Assembly: GCA_965212055.1 (NCBI GenBank)
Contig: OZ243041.1
Span: forward strand, 192,001-256,000
Origin: Fidelibacterota bacterium
Lineage (GTDB): Bacteria; Fidelibacterota; Marinisomatia; Marinisomatales; Marinisomataceae
Length of the DNA stretch: 64,000 nucleotides
Direction: 5' to 3'
Position 1 is the stretch's first letter, and each line of letters begins with the position of its first letter. The notes under the pieces are model-generated. The model did not search any database. It had not been told where the DNA came from and worked only from the letters and a program-made list of their open reading frames with translations. A program made the position numbers and the translations under genes. This document shows positions 1 to 11,142 of the stretch, piece by piece.

Positions 1-166
1 GTACCTTATCAGTCATCAGAAGCAATAAAGAACTGTAAAATTGTGATTCTTAATGAGCTTTATGGATGATTATGATAATCCTACAGAACAAAAGCTTTAA
101 GTGACTGATCTTTATTCATATGGATGACAATTTTCCATATATTTTGAATAAAGTATAACAGATATA

Positions 167-1240
167 TTGAAAATACTAAGAACACCAGACAAGCATTTTG
201 CTCATTTAAAAGAGTACCCATTTAGCCCTCATTATACTACCATCAAAACGCATGATAATTCTGATTTAAGAATTCATCATCTTGATGAAGGGCCTAAAAA
301 TGGACCAATTCTATTATGTATCCATGGACAGCCTGTATGGAGCTATCTTTATTCACGCATGATCCCTCTTCTTGCCGAAGCGGGCGTCCGTGTTATTGCA
401 CCTGATCTTCCTGGATATGGGAAATCGGATAAACCAGCTGCTAGGGAAGATTATAGTTATCAACGACAAGTAGACTGGATGAACCAGTGGCTTCAAAAAA
501 ATGATTTTTCCAATGTAACTTTATTTGGACAAGATTGGGGTGGGCTGATTGGATTACGAATGGTTGCAGATAATGATGCACGATTTGATCAAGTGTCTAT
601 GGGGAATACAGGCTTGCCTTATAATCCAGATGTTCCTGAAGATCTTGTAAAAAAAGTAAAAGAATTCAGGAATGACCCAAAACCGCTTACCATGATTAAT
701 TTTTTAAAAGGATTTATCAACACAGGTAATTCACAAGAAGAATATCTCCTTGCCTTTGCTCATTGGCAAAAATATTGTTGGGAAACCAAAGATTTACCTG
801 TTGGTATCTTTAATTCGATGTCAATGGAAAGAAGAAATAAAATAGAATTTTCCTTAGAACAATTGATGGATAAGCTAGGGTTAAGAAATATATATCCCTT
901 TCGAAGTACACTGAGCAGAGCATATGAAGCTCCTTTTCCTGATCCAAGTTTCAAGATGGGTCCTAGAGCTATGCCAAGACAAGTACCAATATTTCCTGAC
1001 CGATCATTGGAAGCACAAAAAAACGCTTGGGAATATTTTTCCCAATTTGAAAAACCTTTTCTATGTGTTTTTGCTGGTAATGATCGTATTACCAATGGAG
1101 GGGAAAAACCTTTTTTAAAAAAAGTGCCAGGTACAAAAAATCAACCTCATGTTTTAAATATTGGTGGGGGGCATTTCTTTCAATGGACACGTCCTAAGGA
1201 ATTGTCAGAAGTACTCATTAATTTTGTTAAAAGAACATAG
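167..1240 (+). CDS. Haloalkane dehalogenase (alpha/beta hydrolase)
   Basis: ILRTPD N-terminus, HGQPVWSYLY oxyanion region, GQDWGG nucleophile elbow, C-terminal GGHF; TTG start. Confidence 0.85.
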   Translation: MKILRTPDKHFAHLKEYPFSPHYTTIKTHDNSDLRIHHLDEGPKNGPILLCIHGQPVWSYLYSRMIPLLAEAGVRVIAPDLPGYGKSDKPAAREDYSYQRQVDWMNQWLQKNDFSNVTLFGQDWGGLIGLRMVADNDARFDQVSMGNTGLPYNPDVPEDLVKKVKEFRNDPKPLTMINFLKGFINTGNSQEEYLLAFAHWQKYCWETKDLPVGIFNSMSMERRNKIEFSLEQLMDKLGLRNIYPFRSTLSRAYEAPFPDPSFKMGPRAMPRQVPIFPDRSLEAQKNAWEYFSQFEKPFLCVFAGNDRITNGGEKPFLKKVPGTKNQPHVLNIGGGHFFQWTRPKELSEVLINFVKRT

Positions 1241-1291
1241 AACTAATAGTTCTTTATTTGCTAAAGGATCATTATTCACATAAATTCCCCC

Positions 1292-2809
1292 ATGAATAAA
1301 ATTGCTATCAGATTATTACTCTTTATTATTTCATCTAGTTTACTTTTCCCGCAAGACAATCAATATCCTGTAGATTTAGAGGTTGTTTCACAAATTCGTG
1401 AAGAGGGACTCAATCATTCTGATCTTCCTAATACGTTATCTTATATGACAGATGTATTAGGTGCTCGTTTAACCAATTCTGATGATATGTATCGTGCGCA
1501 AGAGTGGGCGATTGAAAAAATGCAAGAAATAGGATTGGAAAACATCGAAATAGAACCATTTATGGATTATGGTGTTAGTTGGGATAACACATATTTTAGC
1601 TTACACTTATTAGAGCCAGATTATCAACCAATGCTTGGATACCCAATTGCACATACGCCTGGAACGATGGGAAAAAAACAATTAGACACCGTCATCGCAA
1701 AAATTAGAACCAAGTCAGATTTAAAAAAGTATAAAGGGAAATTAAAGGGAAAAGCCGTATTGTCTACTCGACCACCTACCATTAATCTAGCGGTATTTCG
1801 AGATGGGGTAAAACCGTGGAGCGATGAAGAATTAAAAGCAAAAGAACAACCTCGCGAAAAACGTAAACAATCGGAAGAATCAGGTCCGAAAGAAAAATTA
1901 ATTGGTCCTGCAGACCGAAATGCTTTTTTCAAAAAAGAAGGAGTTGCAGTGATTCTAGAATCTCGTAGCGGTTGGTTAGCAGCAGTAAGAGGATTTGCTC
2001 GTCCAGGAGCAAAAAAAGACAAATATGATAGAAAAGAAACAGTAGCTCATGTGCCAGTTGTAGCAGTAACTCCAGAACATTATAATCGTATGTATCGTAT
2101 TCTTGAACGTGATATTCCAGTAAAAATTGAAGTAGATATTAAAACAACGATTGGAAACAAAAGAAGAGAAGCAAGAAATGTGATAGCTGAAATTCCTGGA
2201 TCAGATTTAAAAGATGAAGTGGTAATGCTTGGTGCACATTTTGATACTTGGCATGCAAGTCCAAACGCCAGCGACAATACATCAGGTGTTGCTGTTATGT
2301 TGGAAGCAGTACGTATTTTAAAAACAATAGGGGTACAACCTCGCAGGACCATCCGAATAGCCTTATGGAGTGGTGAGGAACAAGGGTTGCATGGATCACG
2401 CAAGTATGTAGAAAAACATTTTGGGGATGCCGATAATCCTAAGCCTGATTATGAGAAATTTTCAGTTTATTTTAATCAAGATTATGGTCCAGGTTTGTAC
2501 AGAGGATTTTATCTTCAAGGCAATGAGAATGCACGCGATGTATTTACTTCTTGGACGAAGCCTTTTAATGATTTAGGAATGACTACAATCTCTCCACAAT
2601 CTGTTGGCAGTACAGATCATATCCCGTTCCATCGCCGTGGTTTGCCAGCATTCCAATTTTTACAAGATAGAGTTGGAGGAACAGGTGGGCATACGAATTT
2701 AGATTTTTATGATACGTTACCTGTTGAAGATTTAAAGAAAAATGCTGTGATTGTTGCTGCATTTGTATATCATGCAGCCATGATGGATGAAAGAATTCCC
2801 CGTCAATGA
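1292..2809 (+). CDS. Secreted M28/M20 family metallopeptidase (carboxypeptidase Q-like)
   Basis: Signal peptide; GAHFDTW, DNTSG, GEEQGLHGS and STDH zinc-binding motifs. Confidence 0.85.
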   Translation: MNKIAIRLLLFIISSSLLFPQDNQYPVDLEVVSQIREEGLNHSDLPNTLSYMTDVLGARLTNSDDMYRAQEWAIEKMQEIGLENIEIEPFMDYGVSWDNTYFSLHLLEPDYQPMLGYPIAHTPGTMGKKQLDTVIAKIRTKSDLKKYKGKLKGKAVLSTRPPTINLAVFRDGVKPWSDEELKAKEQPREKRKQSEESGPKEKLIGPADRNAFFKKEGVAVILESRSGWLAAVRGFARPGAKKDKYDRKETVAHVPVVAVTPEHYNRMYRILERDIPVKIEVDIKTTIGNKRREARNVIAEIPGSDLKDEVVMLGAHFDTWHASPNASDNTSGVAVMLEAVRILKTIGVQPRRTIRIALWSGEEQGLHGSRKYVEKHFGDADNPKPDYEKFSVYFNQDYGPGLYRGFYLQGNENARDVFTSWTKPFNDLGMTTISPQSVGSTDHIPFHRRGLPAFQFLQDRVGGTGGHTNLDFYDTLPVEDLKKNAVIVAAFVYHAAMMDERIPRQ

Positions 2810-3675
2810 GTTTTTCTATGCCAATGGTGGGATTGGGTACTTGGCTTATTTCCAATGATGAAGTATCTAGAGTAGTAACCGATGCTCTCGATTTAGGCTA
2901 TAAACACATTGACACGGCTCAAATTTATCAAAATGAATCAGGTATTGGAGAAGCAATTTCAAAAGCATCTATTGATAGAGATAAATTTTTTATTACAACC
3001 AAAATGTGGCCAGGAATGGTTGGCGATGAAACATTTCAAGATTTTAAAGGGGCACTGAATGCCTGTGATCAAAGTCTGCAGATGTTACAATCAGATTATA
3101 TTGATTTGTATTTAATTCATAATCCGTTTGGAAAAGATCGTCGATTAGAGCAGTGGGAAGCATTGGTTGAATTACAAAAACAAGGCAAAGTAAAAGATAT
3201 TGGCGTTTCTAACTACAATGTTAAACATATTCAAGAAATTGAACATGCTAATCTTCCCATGCCTGTTGCAAATCAAATTGAGATACATCCTTATCATATG
3301 ATTCCAGATCCATTACAAGCATATATGATGAAACACAATATTTTACCCATTGCGTATTCTACTTTAGCACCGCTTCCTAATTGGCGTAAGGGATCACGCT
3401 GGAATTCCAAACCTGAAGCAATGAAGAATGATTCATCTATCCCTTTTTTAGAGATTGCAAAGACATACAATGTTTCGGTTGCACAGCTATTGCTACAATG
3501 GAGCCTGCAGAACGGATGGCCAATTTTGCCTAAGACCACTTCTAAAGAACGCTTAAAAGAAAACTTAGATTTAGATTTTACTATTTCAAGTGAAGATATG
3601 AACCATATTTCTACTGCTAACAAAGACCAATCTCTAGCATGGCAGGAAAAATTTGATCCATTGGATGTTGAATAA
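2806..3675 (+). CDS. Aldo/keto reductase
   Basis: GLGTW, IDTAQIYQNE, DLYLIH, IGVSNY, NQIEIHP, ILPKT motifs. Confidence 0.92.
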   Translation: MSFSMPMVGLGTWLISNDEVSRVVTDALDLGYKHIDTAQIYQNESGIGEAISKASIDRDKFFITTKMWPGMVGDETFQDFKGALNACDQSLQMLQSDYIDLYLIHNPFGKDRRLEQWEALVELQKQGKVKDIGVSNYNVKHIQEIEHANLPMPVANQIEIHPYHMIPDPLQAYMMKHNILPIAYSTLAPLPNWRKGSRWNSKPEAMKNDSSIPFLEIAKTYNVSVAQLLLQWSLQNGWPILPKTTSKERLKENLDLDFTISSEDMNHISTANKDQSLAWQEKFDPLDVE

Positions 3676-3687
3676 GGACTATACATT

Positions 3688-4446
3688 ATGAGTTATGAAT
3701 ATCGACCTTTAGTTGGAGAAAGTTATCGCTATAATGTAGATAGCGAAAAACCTTTCAAAATTAGCAGAACTAAAATTGAATTGTTTTATAACTGTCCTAG
3801 ATGTTTTTTTAAACAAATTAAGTTAGGTCTTCGAGAACCTCCTATGCCTTCCTGGGCTATTAATAGCGCTGTGGATGCACTATTGAAGAAGGAAATGGAT
3901 TTTTGTAGAAAAGAAGATAGACCGCATGGGATTTTCAAAGAGAATAAGCTAAATATTAAACCATTCCACCATAATGATATTGAAAAATGGCAAAATCCTT
4001 TTACTGGCATCCAATTTTTGGATGAAGAACATAATTTTTTATTATATGGCGGTGTTGATGATATCATGGAAGATGAAAATGGACAATTAATAGTTATTGA
4101 TTTTAAAGCAACTGCAAAAGCTGCTGACATTCTTTCCCCATCTAATGTCTATAATAATGGTGCTCCATATAAAAGGCAGCTTGAAATTTATAGCTGGTTA
4201 CTTCAAAAAAATAATTTTGATGTTTCTTCAACAGGATATCTTTTGTACTACAATGGCGATGCAAGCAAAGATTACCTAGGTAAAGAAATGTATTTTAGAA
4301 GAACACTAGTCCGTTTTGAGTTAGATACAGAATGGATTTCTCCTATAATAAATGATATGCATGCATGTCTTCAAGAAGATCAAATGCCATCCCAATCTGA
4401 AGGATGTGAAGAATGTTTGTATCTAGAAACTGTTTCTAAACTTTAA
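3688..4446 (+). CDS. PD-(D/E)XK nuclease, stand-alone Cas4/RecB-like
   Basis: N-terminal CPRC, GGVDD...IDFKAT nuclease core, QLEIY motif, C-terminal CEEC. Confidence 0.8.
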   Translation: MSYEYRPLVGESYRYNVDSEKPFKISRTKIELFYNCPRCFFKQIKLGLREPPMPSWAINSAVDALLKKEMDFCRKEDRPHGIFKENKLNIKPFHHNDIEKWQNPFTGIQFLDEEHNFLLYGGVDDIMEDENGQLIVIDFKATAKAADILSPSNVYNNGAPYKRQLEIYSWLLQKNNFDVSSTGYLLYYNGDASKDYLGKEMYFRRTLVRFELDTEWISPIINDMHACLQEDQMPSQSEGCEECLYLETVSKL

Positions 4447-4458
4447 GTTCAGTCTTTT

Positions 4459-5127
4459 CTATTTCATCCCATTCGGTTTATTAAATGTATAGATAATATC
4501 TATTTTATCTGACTGAGATATACCTCCAGGATTTAATCCAGGTTCTCCCTCCGGGATTTCTGCATTTAATTCTTCATAATAACTTACCCAGTGTACAAAC
4601 GGGGTATCTGTATTGGGTTCATTAAAAGTCATTGGATTAATAGCAAATAAATTTTGGGTGGAATCTGCCATTTCAAATCCTTTATAGATTACTTCTGAAC
4701 AGTAATATGTATCATCAGTTAGATCAAAAATATAATCATACGGTTTTCCAAAGATATGATTTTCAATATAGGCAATCGCATCTGAAATCATATACTGATA
4801 ATCATTTTTTAGTCTTCCAACAATTACCCGATTATCGCGATCAAGAAATTCATCTAATGGTGTTTTAATAACACCATCTCCAATTGCTTCTATAACGAAT
4901 ATTTGACTAAAATCTTCCCCTTGGATTTCTGTGATAATACCACAATGGGATAGTTGAGCACCATTATATCCAGATGTGACTGCTTCAATTGCATCACAGG
5001 GTGGGCCACAGTCTAAGTCTTGAAAAATAATATCTCCTACTTTAAAAGAAGTTTGAGGATACATTTGACTAAGGATGATTAATATGGCAACGACAAAAAG
5101 CGCTAATTTATTATTGAATGAAGACAT
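4459..5127 (-). CDS. YiiX/YebB-like permuted NlpC/P60 (papain-like) hydrolase
   Basis: GDIIFQ, SHCGI, KPYDYIF, YYCSE motifs in permuted His-before-Cys order; signal peptide. Confidence 0.8.
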   Translation of the reverse strand: MSSFNNKLALFVVAILIILSQMYPQTSFKVGDIIFQDLDCGPPCDAIEAVTSGYNGAQLSHCGIITEIQGEDFSQIFVIEAIGDGVIKTPLDEFLDRDNRVIVGRLKNDYQYMISDAIAYIENHIFGKPYDYIFDLTDDTYYCSEVIYKGFEMADSTQNLFAINPMTFNEPNTDTPFVHWVSYYEELNAEIPEGEPGLNPGGISQSDKIDIIYTFNKPNGMK

Positions 5128-5459
5128 TAAGTATGGTCACAGATTTTAATCTCTTTTCCTGTGTATTCATATCTTTCAAGATCAGGCCATGCTTTTGCAA
5201 CATCATGCCAGTTATCAGATTTTCCAAAATCAGTTTCACGTCGTTTCATACCGACTTGGTATTCTTCTTCAGAATTAAACCATAATTCTGCCATTCCGCA
5301 ACATCCCCCTTCAATATCTTCTTCGAAGAAAGTAAGTACATATTTAACTGGCTCTAACACTTCTACCATATGGGGGGCATGAATGTTTTCCCAGTGATCA
5401 AAAAAATTAGAACGTTTAATATTGGTTCTGTTTTGAATAAAAAGTACTTTTTTTATCAT
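5127..5459 (-). CDS. EthD-like dimeric alpha/beta barrel protein
   Basis: F..HW...HAP and GMAELWF motifs; start probably at MIKKV after GGAG RBS (track ORF extends to 5489). Confidence 0.65.
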   Translation of the reverse strand: MIKKVLFIQNRTNIKRSNFFDHWENIHAPHMVEVLEPVKYVLTFFEEDIEGGCCGMAELWFNSEEEYQVGMKRRETDFGKSDNWHDVAKAWPDLERYEYTGKEIKICDHT

Positions 5460-5568
5460 TGAATGCTCCTTACAAGTTGAAACTAACATCTTTTTTTTAT
5501 TTAAACATTATTATTTACTTATTACATTGCATTTTACTGTAAATATTTTGTACAACTAGGAGAATTAT

Positions 5569-7911
5569 ATGTTTAGAAAAAGTTTTACTATTTTGTTTGC
5601 GTTGTCATTGGTGTATTCTCAAGTCAATGTAGACAAATTCAAGCAACTGAATGAGGATATTACAACACCAAATACCTATCGAACTGCTTCAGGGTATCCA
5701 GGTCATGATTATTGGCAGCAAGAAGCAGATTATATCATGGATCTTACTATAGATGATGAGAACCAAATACTTTATGGAGATGAAACAATTACTTTTCATA
5801 ATAATTCACCTGATCAACTTAGTTATTTATGGGTGCAATTAGATCAGAATGTCCGAGCATTAGATTCTGATAGTTATAAAATTCAATCCTCTGGCGATTT
5901 CGGGGCGCAACGCGGTAGAGAAAAAGTCATGGTAGGAGAATCTATTCCTTTAAATACACTCAAAAATTTCTACAGAGATTTTGATGGTGGATTCAAGATT
6001 GAACATGTAAAAGATAGCTTAAATAGAGATTTACCATATATTATTAATAAAACTATGATGCGTATAGATTTACCAACACCATTGCGCGCAGGACAATCTT
6101 ATAAATTTAAAATTAAATGGTGGTATAATATCAATGATCATATTAAAGATGGCGGAAGATCTGGGTATGAATATTTTGAAGAAGATGATAATTATATCTA
6201 TACTATTGCACAGTTCTTTCCACGCATGTGTATGTACAATGATGTTTATGGTTGGCAGAATAAGCAATTCTTAGGTCGAGGAGAATTCACATTAATTTTC
6301 GGAGACTATGATGTAAAAATAACGGTACCTGCTGACCACATTTTAGGAGCTACCGGGGTATTACAAAATTCACAACAAGTACTTACTAAAGATCAGATTG
6401 CTAGATTAGAGGAGTCCAAAACTTCTGATGAACCTGTCAAGATTGTTACAAATTCTGAGGCATTAGAAAATGAAAAAACTCAATCTGAAGAAACAAAGAC
6501 ATGGCATTTCAAAGCAGAAAATGTTCGAGACTATGCTTTTGCTACATCAAGAAAATATATATGGGATGCTATCGGTGTTGATGTTAGTGGAAATACAGTT
6601 ATGGCAATGTCATATTATCCGAATGAAGCAGAGCCTTTATGGGGGCAATATTCTACAAAAGCTGTAGCACATACAGTGGAAGTTTATTCAAAGTACACGT
6701 TTGATTATCCTTACCCAGTAGCAATTTCAGCTCATATTGATAGGATGGGGATGGAATATCCAATGATTTGTTTTAATGGGTATAGACCAGAAGAGGATGG
6801 AACTTATTCTGAAAGCACAAAGAAAGGTTTAATTGGAGTAATTATCCATGAAGTAGGACATTTTTGGTTTCCTATGATAGTGAATTCAGATGAAAGACAA
6901 TGGACGTGGATGGATGAAGGCCTAAACTCGTTTATGGATGATATAGCAGGTAGAGAATGGGATACAGAATTATTCCATCCTTCAAAAAATACTGAATATA
7001 TCGTTAGATATATGAAAGGCGATAAATCGAATATTATGCCAATCATGACTAATTCAGAATCAATATATCAATTTGGAGCAAATGCTTATGGAAAACCAAC
7101 GCTTGCTTTAAATATATTAAGAGATACAATTATGGGACGTGAGTTATTTGATTATGCTTTTAAAGAATACTCTAAAACATGGATGTTTAAACATCCAACT
7201 CCAACAGATTTTTTCAGAATTATGGAGAATGCATCTGCAGTGGATTTAGACTGGTTTTGGAGAGGATGGTTTTTTAGTAATGATCATGTTGATTTATCTA
7301 TTGAATCTGTTAATTGGTATCAACTTGAAATGGATCCAGAAGCAAAAAAATCATACGATAAAGAATCTGATAATAAGGATCAATATTATAGTGCAATGCT
7401 TGATGAAGAAGATATTGAATCAACAGTGACAGATCGTGATCCAGCTACTAGAGATTTTTACGATAATTATGATAAACATCAGGTTACCAAAAGAGATGAA
7501 AAAGAATATCGTGATTTTGTAGATGATTTGTCAGATAAAGAACGCGATTTGGTCAACGAGAATGACCATTTTTATTCTGTAAAATTTTCTGATAATGATG
7601 GCATAATTATGCCAATTATTCTTGAATTTGAGTATGAAGATGGAGAGAAAGAAGTTATTCGAATTCCAGTCGAAATATGGAGATTTAATAGAGGAGAAGT
7701 AACCAAAGTCTTTAAGACAGAGAAGCCTATTAAAAATATGACATTAGATCCATTTTTTGAAATTGCTGATGTTGAAAGAAATAATAATCATTGGCCTGAA
7801 AAAGTACAACCGACACGATTTGAGACATTTAAAACTTCTGGTTGGGGCGGAGGCAAAAATCTAATGCAACGTGTAGGTGATGATGCTCCAAGTCCAGACA
7901 CTTCTGAATAA
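5569..7911 (+). CDS. Secreted M1 family metalloaminopeptidase
   Basis: GMEYP and HEVGH..WFP...WMDEG motifs; signal peptide; AGGAG RBS. Confidence 0.9.
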   Translation: MFRKSFTILFALSLVYSQVNVDKFKQLNEDITTPNTYRTASGYPGHDYWQQEADYIMDLTIDDENQILYGDETITFHNNSPDQLSYLWVQLDQNVRALDSDSYKIQSSGDFGAQRGREKVMVGESIPLNTLKNFYRDFDGGFKIEHVKDSLNRDLPYIINKTMMRIDLPTPLRAGQSYKFKIKWWYNINDHIKDGGRSGYEYFEEDDNYIYTIAQFFPRMCMYNDVYGWQNKQFLGRGEFTLIFGDYDVKITVPADHILGATGVLQNSQQVLTKDQIARLEESKTSDEPVKIVTNSEALENEKTQSEETKTWHFKAENVRDYAFATSRKYIWDAIGVDVSGNTVMAMSYYPNEAEPLWGQYSTKAVAHTVEVYSKYTFDYPYPVAISAHIDRMGMEYPMICFNGYRPEEDGTYSESTKKGLIGVIIHEVGHFWFPMIVNSDERQWTWMDEGLNSFMDDIAGREWDTELFHPSKNTEYIVRYMKGDKSNIMPIMTNSESIYQFGANAYGKPTLALNILRDTIMGRELFDYAFKEYSKTWMFKHPTPTDFFRIMENASAVDLDWFWRGWFFSNDHVDLSIESVNWYQLEMDPEAKKSYDKESDNKDQYYSAMLDEEDIESTVTDRDPATRDFYDNYDKHQVTKRDEKEYRDFVDDLSDKERDLVNENDHFYSVKFSDNDGIIMPIILEFEYEDGEKEVIRIPVEIWRFNRGEVTKVFKTEKPIKNMTLDPFFEIADVERNNNHWPEKVQPTRFETFKTSGWGGGKNLMQRVGDDAPSPDTSE

Positions 7912-7914
7912 AAA

Positions 7915-8397
7915 ATGAATTATATTTCAAAGGCAATAGGTTCAGTATTCTTATTGAGCATAGTTTTTGCACATCAGTTTTTTATTTCTACGACTGATAT
8001 ACAATTCAAACCAGAAGAAAAAAGAGCTGAAATTACTATACAAATTTTTACACATGATATTAATCTTTTGCTAGAGAATGCGAATTACAAAACAATAGAT
8101 TTAGGTACCAAAAAAGAAAGTGATAATATTGATATTTTTCTAGTCAACTATTTATCTGATAATTTTGTTATTCAAGATTATAGATGGAAATATGTTGGTA
8201 AAGAAGTTGGAGCAGACTATACTCTTTTCTTTTTGGAAATAGAAGATTTTTCTTTATCTCCTAAAATTGCTATTCTGAATTCGTTATTTATGGATTTATA
8301 TAACAAGCAACGTAATGTTGTAAATTTTTATAACGGAGACACTATCCAATCTGCTAGCATGACTACTGCGCAACCAGTATTTTCATTTAATTTTTAG
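7915..8397 (+). CDS. DUF6702-like secreted protein
   Basis: Signal peptide then H.F.IS.T.I...I.IF..D pattern; follows M1 peptidase as commonly seen. Confidence 0.55.
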   Translation: MNYISKAIGSVFLLSIVFAHQFFISTTDIQFKPEEKRAEITIQIFTHDINLLLENANYKTIDLGTKKESDNIDIFLVNYLSDNFVIQDYRWKYVGKEVGADYTLFFLEIEDFSLSPKIAILNSLFMDLYNKQRNVVNFYNGDTIQSASMTTAQPVFSFNF

Positions 8398-9226
8398 AAT
8401 CTAATTTATATCCAGTAATCCAAATAATAATAGCCCCACCCATCATTGCAAGGCATAATAATTGCCCCATACTTAAGTTCAGTAAAATAAAACCTAAATG
8501 CTCATCTGGTTCGCGGAAATATTCGATAAAGAAACGGAAAAATCCATACCCAAATACATATAATCCACTATTAAATCCTTGAAATCTGTTTTTAAACAAT
8601 TTGATTACACCAAACAATACAATGCCTTCAAAAAATGCTTCATATAATTGTGAAGGATGTCTTAATTGATAATCGCCAGAATTTGGGAAGTACATTCCAA
8701 TAGATGCTTCTGTCACTCGACCATATAGTTCTCCATTAATAAAGTTTCCAATTCTTCCAAAGAAAAATCCTAAAGGAATTGCTGGTGTCATAAAATCTGC
8801 AATGGTGTATAAGTGTAATCCTTTTTTTCGTCCATACATCCACATTGCAATAAGAACACCAATTAAACCGCCGTGATAAGACATACCTGCAATGCCAGTG
8901 AATTCCCATACTCCATTTTGGATAGAAAAAGGAAGAAGAATTTCTAATGGATTTGCTAAGTAATATTCAAAATTATAAAACAAAACATATCCCAAACGTG
9001 CTCCAAGAATTAATGCAATAAAACACCATGATAACAAGTCTTCAAATTCTGATAAAGTTAATTTTGTAAATTTGTTATTATTGATTTCTTTTCTACAGAG
9101 AAGATACACAACACCAAATGCGACAAGATACATTGTTGAATACCAATAAATAGAGAATGAACCAATCGAAAGTAAGATTGGATCCATTTTTGAAGGTAAA
9201 GTTTGCCACCACAGTATAAAATCCAT
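8387..9226 (-). CDS. lgt: Prolipoprotein diacylglyceryl transferase
   Basis: GARLGYVLFY, GMSYHGG, GRIGNFINGELYGR, HPSQLYE, EYFREPD. Confidence 0.97.
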   Translation of the reverse strand: MDFILWWQTLPSKMDPILLSIGSFSIYWYSTMYLVAFGVVYLLCRKEINNNKFTKLTLSEFEDLLSWCFIALILGARLGYVLFYNFEYYLANPLEILLPFSIQNGVWEFTGIAGMSYHGGLIGVLIAMWMYGRKKGLHLYTIADFMTPAIPLGFFFGRIGNFINGELYGRVTEASIGMYFPNSGDYQLRHPSQLYEAFFEGIVLFGVIKLFKNRFQGFNSGLYVFGYGFFRFFIEYFREPDEHLGFILLNLSMGQLLCLAMMGGAIIIWITGYKLDSKN

Positions 9227-9288
9227 GCTGTAAAATACAAAAATTAACTTTGTAACCTAAAAAAAATTATATAATGTAGAACAATATT

Positions 9289-9813
9289 ATGATTCTATCA
9301 GGAAAAGAAATTATCAATAGACAAGGGAAGGATATAGTAATTGATCCTTTTGATGAGAATCAAGTGAATCCTAACAGTTATAATTTACGATTACACAATG
9401 AATTGTTAGAATATGATTCCCCTATCTTGGATATGAAGAAAGAAAATTCTGGAACTAAAATTATTATCCCAGAAGAAGGATTGCTTCTAGAAAGTAATAA
9501 ATTATACTTAGGAAGAACTGTCGAATATACAGAAACCAATAATTTTATTCCTATGTTAGAGGGAAGATCATCTGTCGGTAGATTAGGATTGTTTGTTCAT
9601 ATTACAGCTGGATTTGGAGATGTAGGATTTAAAGGATACTGGACACTTGAAATTTTCTGTGTTCAACCAGTCAAGATCTATCCTGGTATAGAAATTTGTC
9701 AAATTTTTTATCATTCTATTGATGGAGATTATGATTCATATGAAGGCGGGAAATACCAAGCCAACAAGGATATTCAAACCAGTATGCTCTACAAAGATTT
9801 CGATAAAAAGTAA
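9289..9813 (+). CDS. dcd: dCTP deaminase
   Basis: [33 protein letters not shown], terminal KYQ. Confidence 0.93.
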   Translation: MILSGKEIINRQGKDIVIDPFDENQVNPNSYNLRLHNELLEYDSPILDMKKENSGTKIIIPEEGLLLESNKLYLGRTVEYTETNNFIPMLEGRSSVGRLGLFVHITAGFGDVGFKGYWTLEIFCVQPVKIYPGIEICQIFYHSIDGDYDSYEGGKYQANKDIQTSMLYKDFDKK

Positions 9814-9817
9814 GATT

Positions 9818-10054
9818 ATGTCGTTTATTTTTATAAAAATGATAAAAATGTATCAAATTATTTTATCTCCGCTTTTGGGTTCAAATTGTCGGTATCAACC
9901 GACTTGTTCCAATTATGCAATTGAATCAATCAAACAATGGGGAGTCATTCAGGGATCGGTGTTGTCATTTAAAAGAATTATGAAGTGTCATCCATGGGGA
10001 TCCAGTGGTTATGATGCAGTTCCTACCAAGCATGAGAGAACAAAAAATGAATGA
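9818..10054 (+). CDS. yidD: Membrane protein insertion efficiency factor
   Basis: YQ..LSP...CRYQPTCS.Y...RI.KCHPW...GYD.VP; start reassigned to ATG 9818. Confidence 0.93.
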   Translation: MSFIFIKMIKMYQIILSPLLGSNCRYQPTCSNYAIESIKQWGVIQGSVLSFKRIMKCHPWGSSGYDAVPTKHERTKNE

Positions 10055-10736
10055 GATTATTCAATATCTAACTAACAATCTTACTCTACCATTTATTTTT
10101 ATTCTTGGGATGTTTCATGCGTTAGAACCTGGTCATGGTAAAACATTTATTCTCGCTTATCTTACTGGTGGTAAAATACGTGTTTGGGGAGCGCTTCAGT
10201 TAATTATTGCGTTAATTGTAACCCATTTTATGCTTTTTTCTTTGATGGCATATCTAATAAAACTTGGAAGTGATAAATTTCCTATTTTTCTAGAATTCAT
10301 TGGGCCTACCTTAATTATATCATTAGGCATATATCTTCTTTATAGATCTTTAAAAGAAACTCGTCATGAAGACGATGAAGATTGTGATGATCCAGCACAT
10401 TTTCATTTTAGTGAATCTAAATTTTCTAGTCCCATTGTGACTGGATTTGTTGCTGGACTAATTCCATGTCCATCGGCTTTAGGAGTAATACTAATTTCAG
10501 GTATGACTTTCAGTGGTCCAGCGCTTTATTTCAGTATCTTGATTTATGTTTTAGGAATTGCACTTACTTTAATTAGTATTATTCTGTTATTCCTATTCTT
10601 CAAAGAAAAAGCACAGAATCAACTCAATGCTGTTAACAAAAAATTCAATACAAATCTAATCGCAGCATTTTTGATTATTACGATAGGAGTTTTATACTTG
10701 TTAATGAATCTATTGGGACCAGGACACCAACATTAA
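10047..10736 (+). CDS. RcnA/NiCoT-like nickel/cobalt transporter
   Basis: [10 protein letters not shown] and GLIPCPSA motifs, His/Asp-rich loop; start reassigned to ATG 10047. Confidence 0.8.
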   Translation: MNEIIQYLTNNLTLPFIFILGMFHALEPGHGKTFILAYLTGGKIRVWGALQLIIALIVTHFMLFSLMAYLIKLGSDKFPIFLEFIGPTLIISLGIYLLYRSLKETRHEDDEDCDDPAHFHFSESKFSSPIVTGFVAGLIPCPSALGVILISGMTFSGPALYFSILIYVLGIALTLISIILLFLFFKEKAQNQLNAVNKKFNTNLIAAFLIITIGVLYLLMNLLGPGHQH

Positions 10737-11098
10737 AGAACATCTATTCCAAGCTTCTTGAATAAAGCTATCGAGACAGTAAAGAGAAAAAACATTATTA
10801 TCAAAGCGATTCCCATACTTATCATAAATGAAAAATTTTTCTTTAATAAATAGGGGAATACTATAAAAAATGATAAAGAAAGTAGTGTTATCAATGCTAT
10901 GTTGTAAGAATAATCAATTATTTTTTGATTAGTCGCATTACCCATATGATAATATATTATTGTTGTTATTGACATTATTGGAATAGAAACAAGGATTGAT
11001 GCTATAACTACATTATTCTTAATGCTTTCTTGATCTAGAATTTTTCCAACAATAAAAATAATTATTGCGGGTAATATAAATTTAATTGCTTCAAACAT
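10733..11098 (-). CDS. Small 4-TM membrane protein (DUF3147-like)
   Basis: Four hydrophobic helices, A.IL.SIP.MS pattern. Confidence 0.45.
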   Translation of the reverse strand: MFEAIKFILPAIIIFIVGKILDQESIKNNVVIASILVSIPIMSITTIIYYHMGNATNQKIIDYSYNIALITLLSLSFFIVFPYLLKKNFSFMISMGIALIIMFFLFTVSIALFKKLGIDVL

Positions 11099-11142
11099 GA
11101 TTTTTTGTAATTTTCATAAACAATTTAAGAAGAAATAAAAAA

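Noticed and set aside
1239..1253. Palindrome AGAACTA-A-TAGTTCT
   Set aside because: Short, AT-rich, single occurrence; could be chance or a weak terminator.
3688..4446. CRISPR-Cas system suggested by the Cas4-like gene
   Set aside because: No cas1/cas2 and no repeat-spacer array seen in the window.
760..7046. Numerous short ORFs nested in or antisense to long genes (here and throughout the window)
   Set aside because: Fully overlap well-supported genes, with no motifs or RBS.
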